DNA of 64,000 bases from an uncultured Paraglaciecola sp. (GTDB lineage: Bacteria; Pseudomonadota; Gammaproteobacteria; Enterobacterales; Alteromonadaceae). Shown one piece after another: positions 58,479 to 64,000 of the stretch; positions within the stretch are counted from its first letter, which is position 1; each line of letters begins with the position of its first letter. The translations under genes were made by a program, and so were the position numbers. Under the pieces are notes generated by a model. The model searched no databases, was not told where the DNA came from, and saw only the letters and a program-made list of their open reading frames with translations. The stretch spans positions 414,054 to 478,053 of the forward strand of contig NZ_CAXBNC010000001.1 in NCBI RefSeq assembly GCF_963977085.1, read 5' to 3'.

Positions 58479-58480
58479 GG

Positions 58481-59809
58481 TTAATTGCTTCCGTTAACAA
58501 AGCGACTGTCTAAGCGTTGCTCGATTAAATCTTTTAAAAGCGGCGCAACATTAAATTGTTGAGGATAGTCTTTCTCAAAGTCAGTAACTTGCAACCGACT
58601 TAAACTTCCAGTGAACTGGACTACTGATTCATTTTCAGTATCGAAAGATTCAACTAATAAACTCAAGGCGGTTTTTAGTGCTTGCTGGTAAAGCTCTGCG
58701 TTTTCTTGCAAAACAGCCACTTGTGCCTGTAATAAAGCAAACCTAAGTTGCTCTTTGGCTAGCCATTGTTGTTGCTCAGACATAAAAGGTTTAATTTCAG
58801 TCGTCACTTTTTTAAAACTAAAAAAGTTTTTAGTCGCTTCTCGCCAATTGCGGGCCAGATTAGCACGCCAATCATTGATAGATCCTGTGATGCTATCATC
58901 AACAACTTCAGCTTCAGGCCTTTTAAAAAAAGCTAAGGGTAAACTATCTATTTGGTTAATCATGGCACCCAAGCCTATTGCAATAGAGCTAGTAGACACT
59001 TGATTAATTTGTTGTAAAGCAAGTAAATCCTCTGCGAGTAAAGCCCGTAAAGGCAACAAACTTGGATCGTCCAAGTCTTGAATGCGGCTATCTGCAGACT
59101 GCAGCATCATAATGGCTGTTTTTACATCATGTTCTAACCAAAGTTTGCGGCCTGCTATACGAACTAAATAATCAGCTTCAGCCAATAGCCAATCAGCTGG
59201 TCTACGGCCCGATATATCAGCCAAATTACGCTGATTAGTCTGCGCTTGGGCTTGGGTCAGTTGTATTTGTTCACTAAGGTTTTGTAAGCTACCTTGTAAT
59301 GCTCGATTTTGTTGCAGTAAATCACCTTTAACCAATTCGTTAGAGGCGATAGATTGCGCTATATTATTTTGTTGCTGATCTAAACTATTTCGCTGTTGTT
59401 GCAAACTCGATTGCTGCTGTTGCATACTCATTTTCTGGGCAGCTAAGGCATCAATTTGTTGTTGGCTTTGAACTTGCCACTGCATCCATGCCCAGTATCC
59501 GGCACCAATGATGGCGGCCAATAGTACTAAATTGATAATAGTAAAAAACCACAATATGCCGGTTTTTCCTTTGGCACTAGGCGTTGGTTTAGGTGATGAG
59601 ACAGTAGCACTACTATTACTATTAGAGCGGCTTCCTTTATCTGCAGGTGCCGTATATTTGGTGGACTGCTTTTCAGTAGTTTGATTTGAAGCAGCAGAAA
59701 CCGGCTGTTTTTTTAAAGAAGGGCCTGCCGTTTTCTCTTTAGCTAATTGTTTTTCCAACGCGATCAGCTTTGCTTCATCTGACGGGGTTAATTTGTTCTC
59801 ATCTGCCAT
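58481..59809 (-). CDS. hemX: HemX-family membrane protein
   Basis: TM, coiled coil, W.LAEA.YL...A.RKLWL..DV.TA..ML..AD.R. Confidence 0.9.
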   Translation of the reverse strand: MADENKLTPSDEAKLIALEKQLAKEKTAGPSLKKQPVSAASNQTTEKQSTKYTAPADKGSRSNSNSSATVSSPKPTPSAKGKTGILWFFTIINLVLLAAIIGAGYWAWMQWQVQSQQQIDALAAQKMSMQQQQSSLQQQRNSLDQQQNNIAQSIASNELVKGDLLQQNRALQGSLQNLSEQIQLTQAQAQTNQRNLADISGRRPADWLLAEADYLVRIAGRKLWLEHDVKTAIMMLQSADSRIQDLDDPSLLPLRALLAEDLLALQQINQVSTSSIAIGLGAMINQIDSLPLAFFKRPEAEVVDDSITGSINDWRANLARNWREATKNFFSFKKVTTEIKPFMSEQQQWLAKEQLRFALLQAQVAVLQENAELYQQALKTALSLLVESFDTENESVVQFTGSLSRLQVTDFEKDYPQQFNVAPLLKDLIEQRLDSRFVNGSN

Positions 59810-60565
59810 TTAATGCTCCGAAGGATGTCGTGCGCGGGTAATCAACTGTTGTGCGCATTGAATTAGGGCCTGATCACTGGCATCACGGCTAATACTTATC
59901 TGGGATACCCCCAGTTTAGATGCAATTTCTGCGGTTCGTTGGCTTACCACTATCCAGTTTAGCGTCTTCAGCCAATTCGTATCAAAATAGTCAAAGGCAG
60001 CCTGAATAACCTCGCCACTTGTGGCAATAATGCAACGGATTTGCTCCTGTTGCCAGTCTTGTGTGTAAACAGGCGTGTCTAATCTTATGCGTTTATATAC
60101 TTCCCACTCCACGACTTCTGCGCCGCGGGTGACCAAAGTGTGGTGTAACAATTCCCTACCACCAAAACCTTTCATAATCACAATGCGTTTATTAACAACC
60201 GAATTCAGCTCTGGAAGACTAAGCAGTCCCTCTGTTCTGGGCTCATTTGGCACAACCACTGCAAAACCAGCACTTTCTAAAATACTCCCAGTACTGGCAC
60301 CAACTGCAAAGAAGCAGACCCTTTTGGGCCATTGATTTTTCATCAGCACACACTGCTGCGCTGCGACTGTACTTGTCACTATGACGTAAATATCGGCTGC
60401 AATACTTTGGTGTAGATCAGCAGTTTTTACCGCCAATTGAGCAATGGCAGCTTCATCCACAACTGTATCAATTAATCCACAAGCCACAGCATCTAACTTT
60501 GCTTGATTAAATGTCATTGCGCTAGCTTGGCATTTTGCTTGGGGTCTAAGAAGTAAAAACGTCAC
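59810..60565 (-). CDS. hemD: Uroporphyrinogen-III synthase
   Basis: LLLRP, FAVG..T, EGLL.LP.L, KG.GGRE.L...L..RGA.V...EVY.R, VVS.R. Confidence 0.92.
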   Translation of the reverse strand: MTFLLLRPQAKCQASAMTFNQAKLDAVACGLIDTVVDEAAIAQLAVKTADLHQSIAADIYVIVTSTVAAQQCVLMKNQWPKRVCFFAVGASTGSILESAGFAVVVPNEPRTEGLLSLPELNSVVNKRIVIMKGFGGRELLHHTLVTRGAEVVEWEVYKRIRLDTPVYTQDWQQEQIRCIIATSGEVIQAAFDYFDTNWLKTLNWIVVSQRTAEIASKLGVSQISISRDASDQALIQCAQQLITRARHPSEH

Positions 60566-60568
60566 AAC

Positions 60569-61498
60569 TTAATCAGCTTGCAAAGCACTGAGGATTTCAC
60601 CTGCACCTTGTTCAAGTAACAATTGTGCGACATGTTCACCTAAGCTTTCAGCGTTCTCTAAAATGTCTGTATGTTTGGCATGCAACAATACTTGACCATC
60701 CACTGATCCCACCAATCCCCGTAGCGTGATGTGTTGACCATCTAACTCGGCAAAACTTCCTATAGGCACTTGGCAGCCACCGTTTAATTTAGCATTCATT
60801 GCACGTTCCGCTTTGACACGAACAGCAGTATCAAAGTGATTCAAAGGCGCTAATAAAGCAATCAACTCTTGGTCATCATTGCGGCATTCAATGCCTACTG
60901 CACCCTGCCCCACAGCTGGCAGTGACAATTCAGTGGGTATCTCGGACTGAATGCGTTGCTGCATACCCAAACGTATCAAACCAGCCGCTGCTAATACTAT
61001 GGCGTCATATTCGCCCGCATCTAACTTGCTTAAACGGGTATTCACATTGCCCCTTAAATCTTTGATCACTAAGTCAGGTCTGATTTTACGTATTTGGCAT
61101 TGGCGCCTCAAACTAGACGTACCTACCACTGCATTTTGAGGTAACTCTTGCAATGAATGAAATTGATTCGACACAAAAGCATCAAAGGGATTTTCTCGCT
61201 CACAAATAGCATGCAACCCAAACCCATCAGGGAAAGCCACAGGCACGTCTTTCATCGAATGCACCGCGATGTCCGCACGACCTTCAGTCATCGCCACTTC
61301 TAGTTCTTTAATAAACAAACCTTTGCCGCCAATTTTAGCCAAAGGTGTATCGAGGATCTTGTCGCCTTGGGTACTCATAGGTACTAGTTCGACTTGCAGA
61401 TTTTTATGGGCGTTTAGTAACGCAGCTTTAACGTATTCGGCTTGCCATAACGCTAAAGCACTTTTACGTGTTGCGATACGGATAATGCGTGTTGACAT
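60569..61498 (-). CDS. hemC: Porphobilinogen deaminase
   Basis: [67 protein letters not shown]. Confidence 0.98.
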   Translation of the reverse strand: MSTRIIRIATRKSALALWQAEYVKAALLNAHKNLQVELVPMSTQGDKILDTPLAKIGGKGLFIKELEVAMTEGRADIAVHSMKDVPVAFPDGFGLHAICERENPFDAFVSNQFHSLQELPQNAVVGTSSLRRQCQIRKIRPDLVIKDLRGNVNTRLSKLDAGEYDAIVLAAAGLIRLGMQQRIQSEIPTELSLPAVGQGAVGIECRNDDQELIALLAPLNHFDTAVRVKAERAMNAKLNGGCQVPIGSFAELDGQHITLRGLVGSVDGQVLLHAKHTDILENAESLGEHVAQLLLEQGAGEILSALQAD

Positions 61499-61564
61499 GA
61501 CACTTCCTGAACAAAAAATTACACCGCATATATTATCAGAAACATGAGTAATGTGAGTGTTTGC

Positions 61565-62035
61565 CTAAAGACAAATTTCGAGTTTGGGTAAAAAGCGCCC
61601 CCGAATACTCTGAGATTCCATTTCACCAACTTTGACAGCCCCATTTGCGAGATAAAAATTCTCAGCAAAAGGATCGCTTTGCAGTGTCATTTTTTTCGCT
61701 TTGTATTCTTTTGCCACAGCTATGGCTTCACTAAGTAAGCGTTTTCCATAACCTTGACCAATAAAGGCTGGATCAATAAATAAGGCTTCAAGCACTGCAG
61801 AATCACGATCCGAAACATTAAGCGCAAAAAAGCCTGTAATAGTTTGCCCGTTTAACTCAGTCAATTTAAAACAATAAGTTGGCAATAAAAGTTGGCTTAG
61901 ATTGTATGTTAACTCTTCTTTGCAACTCAATAAAAAATCAGCGTCATAACCCCAGTGGCCTTTTGAACGCAGCGCTAACTTACTCAGTAATAACGCTTCT
62001 TGTGGCTTAGCGAAACGAATGACATCTGTTGTCAT
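61565..62035 (-). CDS. GNAT-family N-acetyltransferase
   Basis: LFIDP.FIGQGYG.RL, SDPFAENFY...GA..VGE..S.SI.GR.LP. Confidence 0.88.
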   Translation of the reverse strand: MTTDVIRFAKPQEALLLSKLALRSKGHWGYDADFLLSCKEELTYNLSQLLLPTYCFKLTELNGQTITGFFALNVSDRDSAVLEALFIDPAFIGQGYGKRLLSEAIAVAKEYKAKKMTLQSDPFAENFYLANGAVKVGEMESQSIRGRFLPKLEICL

Positions 62036-62127
62036 AGAACTGCACCCTTGGAAGTCAGCAAAGTTGCAATATGCCTTGAATTAGTCATCATAAAATTCAT
62101 AGTCTAGATTGATCATTAATGAAACAT

Positions 62128-62949
62128 TTATTGATTTACGATAGTCGCTTTACGTGACTCATGCTCCAAAATTCCATATTTAATCTTCTGGGAATCAATA
62201 TAGTCACGACGTTTCACTAACCATTGGTTAAACTGTTTAATAATTTCTGGGTATTTCACCGTGGAAATTTGGTACGAATAATTTTGTTTAGGAAGATTTT
62301 CATTGAACACTAAATCCTGCTGAATATGCAGATTCTGTAATCCAACATTTGCTACTGCAAGATCGATATCTAAACCATCAATCAAGCCATTCACAAGATG
62401 TTTGACCAATATTTTAGCACTTGAGTCTTCATAAATTGTGACCTTACCTTGTTCAAGCTGCTTTACCCATAGAGTGGGGTGAAAGCCTGTTATCGTGCCG
62501 ATAGTCTTAAAAAAAGAGGGGTCTTTATCTTTGTTTTTGGGCATCACCAGTGTCCCAGCAGTCATAGCCACTATCTCATCACTAAAATGTATTCTGAGTT
62601 GACGTCCGTTGTTTCTTTCCTGCCACCTAACGTTATCAGGAAATTTAAAATCAATATTTTCTTCGTATAACCATTTAGGAAACTGCCTAATGGGTAAAGG
62701 GAGGTAGCTTATCTGGTGCCCATTTTCTTTAGCAAACTGATCAAAAATGGCTTTTGAAAAGGTCGTTTGGTTAGAATTGAAATCAAAATAGGGATAATAA
62801 CTTATATCTTCAACACCAATCACAAAACTGCCTGCCTGAGCATGATTGGTGACACAGAGACAATAAATATGAACAAAAATCCAAGATAAATAAGTGACTT
62901 TCGCCTTGCTCAATTTAAATACCACAACACACGTCTCGACATAGACCAT
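62128..62949 (-). CDS. Periplasmic substrate-binding protein (family 3-like), stand-alone
   Basis: Signal-like N-terminus; IGVED..YYP, LP..R/Q, DFKFPDN..W, GT..GF.P. Confidence 0.7.
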   Translation of the reverse strand: MVYVETCVVVFKLSKAKVTYLSWIFVHIYCLCVTNHAQAGSFVIGVEDISYYPYFDFNSNQTTFSKAIFDQFAKENGHQISYLPLPIRQFPKWLYEENIDFKFPDNVRWQERNNGRQLRIHFSDEIVAMTAGTLVMPKNKDKDPSFFKTIGTITGFHPTLWVKQLEQGKVTIYEDSSAKILVKHLVNGLIDGLDIDLAVANVGLQNLHIQQDLVFNENLPKQNYSYQISTVKYPEIIKQFNQWLVKRRDYIDSQKIKYGILEHESRKATIVNQ

Positions 62950-63076
62950 AGAGCTTTTAGTATACTCACTCTGCGTTTATTTATTGAATAATTGCTAATA
63001 TTTAGATCATTGATGTATCCAATGCCGCCCGCTTTTTTTAAATAAAAACGCTTCAAGTCAAATTGAGAAGTGTTTA

Positions 63077-63484
63077 TTATTCGGGATAACTCACTTCGAA
63101 ATGGTGAGTGATTAACATTAAGTCGCCTTGCCACACCTGAACTTGCCATTTACCTTGCCAATAGTGGGGTAGACTTTTACTGGAATAAGTACGCCAGTTA
63201 TCACCACCAATATTCAAGGTCACAGCTGCTTTTTCTTCCCCTTGATACAACCATCTGTGGATGATTTGCTGATTCGCCAGCCCAGTAACCTGAGTAAAAA
63301 AATAAACTCGCTTCATTTCGTCAACTTGGCCCCACACTGATCCTTCGAGGTCGTCAGTAGGCTCCCTATTTTCAATACCGCTAGTCAATTGACTACGCTC
63401 AACTTGTGCCAAAGTGAACTGACTAAAGAGCCCCAAAGTCAAAACAATTAGCAAGTGAGAAAGTTTTTTCACAGTGTTCTCCAA
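63077..63484 (-). CDS. DUF2914-domain exported protein
   Basis: Signal peptide; V.RSQLT.GI.NREP, YFFT, HRW, IGG.NWRTYSSK, W.G.WQV. Confidence 0.8.
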   Translation of the reverse strand: MENTVKKLSHLLIVLTLGLFSQFTLAQVERSQLTSGIENREPTDDLEGSVWGQVDEMKRVYFFTQVTGLANQQIIHRWLYQGEEKAAVTLNIGGDNWRTYSSKSLPHYWQGKWQVQVWQGDLMLITHHFEVSYPE

Positions 63485-63532
63485 AAATCAGCTTAGGTAT
63501 TTTAAATAGTCACTTTGCACTTTTTTTTAAAC

Positions 63533-63556
63533 AAAAAAAAGCCCGAATTTACGGAC
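63533..63556 (-). terminator. Possible rho-independent terminator after the YHS gene
   Basis: GTCCG-taaatt-CGGGC hairpin followed by T8 on the minus strand. Confidence 0.45.
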
Positions 63557-63577
63557 TCATACTTTGAGAGAACAACA

Positions 63578-64000
63578 TTAGTTATTTATATATTTTTTCA
63601 CATCAGTAATTTCAGGGTAATGTTTATTAGCAGAATCTATGTCTGCTGCCATTGTTGAAAGCCAATCACTTTTTATCTTTTTGTTGTAGTTCAAATACAG
63701 CTTCCCGTCTTCGATATGCCAAGCATAGGGATCAATACCAGCAGTTTTCCCATTTGCCATCGCCCACGCACAATAACCACCGTATTGAGCGGCATATTTT
63801 TCAGGGTCTTGTTTGAATAACTGCAGATTCTCTTGACTAGAGAAACGCCAGTTAGCATCTCGCCATGAGAATTGAAACTTTTTATCCCCTTCTACCGCTT
63901 TACCTTGCTTAAAATAGGCAACAGTATCGTAACCATCAATTGCAGTATTGTTGAAAATTCCGGTGCTCACCGCATCATCAATGGCAAAAGCAGGTAACGT
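63578..64000 (-). CDS. YHS-domain (seleno)protein family, 5' end outside the window
   Basis: AI.GYD.VAYF..G.AV.G, W.F.S..N...F..DPEKYA.QYGGYCAWA, DP.AW.I.DGKLYLN; frame stays open to 64000 (TLPAFAIDDAV). Confidence 0.88.
   Translation of the reverse strand, partial: TLPAFAIDDAVSTGIFNNTAIDGYDTVAYFKQGKAVEGDKKFQFSWRDANWRFSSQENLQLFKQDPEKYAAQYGGYCAWAMANGKTAGIDPYAWHIEDGKLYLNYNKKIKSDWLSTMAADIDSANKHYPEITDVKKYINN

Noticed and set aside
2151-62670. Many short opposite-strand or nested ORFs in the six-frame track (e.g. 2151-2375, 8108-8437, 16962-17366, 28522-28929, 51576-52010, 57316-57603)
   Set aside because: They are shadows of well-supported genes, with no motifs or credible RBS.
63578-64000. Selenocysteine recoding in the YHS (seleno)protein family gene
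   Set aside because: The GGYCAW motif has an ordinary Cys codon and there is no in-frame TGA in the visible part.
1-64000. CRISPR arrays, rRNA, riboswitches and IS elements
   Set aside because: No regularly spaced repeats, rRNA-like sequence, terminal inverted repeats or transposase ORFs were seen by eye; an Rfam/CRISPR scan would be needed to exclude small RNAs.

Overview
AT-rich gammaproteobacterial chromosome segment. Gene content and protein style suggest a marine Alteromonadaceae-type organism (inference, not verified). Four blocks: (1) 1-10.3 kb, a catabolic/uptake cluster (TonB-dependent receptor, TPR-sulfotransferase, TIM-barrel isomerase-like protein, AruI-like ThDP decarboxylase, 2-hydroxyacid dehydrogenase, YjiH-type transporter) divergent from LysR and LuxR regulators. 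(2) 10.3-16.2 kb, a decayed accessory patch at the 3' side of tRNA-Arg(CCG), with gene fragments, DinB, HDOD and a hipBA toxin-antitoxin pair with clear operator palindromes. (3) 17-56 kb, a complete type VI secretion system (tssA-M, hcp, vgrG, DUF4280 PAAR-like, clpV, tagJ, tagH, tagF, pppA, ppkA-like). Its left arm carries an adaptor/metallopeptidase/lipoprotein triad, a second candidate effector, a natural single-chain TssB-TssC fusion lacking the inner sheath domain, and flanking Cys-cluster, GNAT and methyltransferase genes. Its right arm carries a receptor-like Ser/Thr kinase with a repeated D-x-T-hydrophobic tail motif and three LysM/deacetylase/TPR lipoproteins. (4) 56-64 kb, housekeeping genes (cpdP, hemY-hemX-hemD-hemC and others). 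No CRISPR array, rRNA, integrase or transposase was recognised. The most unusual items are the TssB-TssC fusion with its cassette and the kinase-motif/lipoprotein module.
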